A stretch of DNA of 54,586 nucleotides from a virus. Taxonomy: Duplodnaviria > Caudoviricetes. The first letter of the stretch is position 1, and each line of letters begins with the position of its first letter. The stretch is from positions 1 through 54,586 of IMG/VR virus record IMGVR_UViG_3300042519_001736. One strand, given 5' to 3'. Below are positions 53,889 to 54,586 of the stretch, piece by piece. The notes under the pieces are model-generated. The model saw nothing but the letters and a program-made list of their open reading frames with translations, was not told the DNA's origin and did no database searches. The translations under genes and the position numbers were made by a program.

Positions 53889-54295
53889 AAATCGACTCCT
53901 TGGTAAATCATTTCAAGACGGCTAGTCTGGGTCGACAGCATGCTGTTGAACGCGGCGAGTTGGTTGGCCAAGGGGCAGCCTCCTCCGTCGGATGTACGCA
54001 AGCCTGACGCTGTCTCTGGAATAGGCAGGCAGGCAGACGCCAAGCGGATGTCCAGCGAGTCGATCACGCTTGCCAGCGCGTGGAGGTTTTTCTCCAGCTG
54101 CTGTATCTCGCGGGTCACATTCCCTTGCTGGCGCTGCTTGGCTTCAGCGCCAAGAATAGCCCCGGCGTAAATCCGCTCCTGGCCTTGTGCCATTTGCTTG
54201 ACATGATGGTCGGGATGAAAGCGCATCTGCTGCTCGGCAGGGTTGCTGTACGTGTTCTTTGGGCAATAGTCTGCCGATGTTGTCTCGTAGTTCAT
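53885..54295 (-). CDS. Hypothetical coiled-coil protein
   Basis: Start MNYETT, ATGA-coupled. Confidence 0.55.
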   Translation of the reverse strand: MNYETTSADYCPKNTYSNPAEQQMRFHPDHHVKQMAQGQERIYAGAILGAEAKQRQQGNVTREIQQLEKNLHALASVIDSLDIRLASACLPIPETASGLRTSDGGGCPLANQLAAFNSMLSTQTSRLEMIYQGVDL

Positions 54296-54586
54296 CGTGC
54301 ATTCCCCTGCAAGCGGTCCGCGACCAGTGTGGCGTAGCCCGCGATGTCGACCCAGCTGTCCACCTTGTCGGGGTTGCCGTTCACGATGCGGGCCATCTTG
54401 TGGACGATCATCTCCAGGGCTTCCCACTGGTCATCGGCAAACGTCTTGTCGTGCACGCGGGCGTGGTCCGCGAGCAGTCGTTTGATGCCCTGCATCAGCG
54501 CAGCGCCGTCCCGGAACGTGCCGTAGTCCTGGGCCCGCTCGTCGAGGGTCTCGTCCACTGGCGTACCTTTAAACGAGAAATTGCGG
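54292..54586 (-). CDS. DUF6378-like protein, N-terminus probably outside the window
   Basis: TL.ER...YG.F, EALEMI..KMARI.NG, D.W.DIAGYA. Frame is open to the window edge. Confidence 0.75.
   Translation of the reverse strand, partial: RNFSFKGTPVDETLDERAQDYGTFRDGAALMQGIKRLLADHARVHDKTFADDQWEALEMIVHKMARIVNGNPDKVDSWVDIAGYATLVADRLQGNAR

Noticed and set aside
1-54586. tRNA genes, integrase/repressor, alternative genetic code
   Set aside because: I saw no cloverleaf or lysogeny genes by eye, and the core genes are intact under the standard code.

Overview
The whole window is one tailed-phage genome segment, most likely a podovirus with a P22/HTVC010P-type virion gene layout. It is GC-rich and plausibly infects an aquatic proteobacterium (inference). 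Left end: replication/recombination genes (truncated SSB-like gene, SNF2-type helicase, PD-(D/E)XK exonuclease). 3.5-42.7 kb: a minus-strand morphogenesis block with TerL, an 1826-aa multidomain protein, portal, GroES, scaffold, Mu-gpT-like major capsid, head-tail adaptors, duplicated fibre and Gly-rich modules, a lysis cassette, a tail nozzle and four ejection proteins. 42.7-47.7 kb: a GC-rich repeat region plus an array of early-gene cassettes, each with its own promoter. Right end: VRR-NUC, TerS, an AT-rich putative origin, a degenerate HNH gene and many small ORFs. Most notable: (1) a host-type parS palindrome next to terL, (2) a recurring [MFY][AK]xGG motif that punctuates putative encapsidated proteins and delimits the domains of the 1826-aa protein, (3) two pseudoknotted RNA leaders, (4) a 73-bp deletion scar that records a collapsed four-gene tail-module duplication. 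All family names are from motif recognition and recall, not from database searches.
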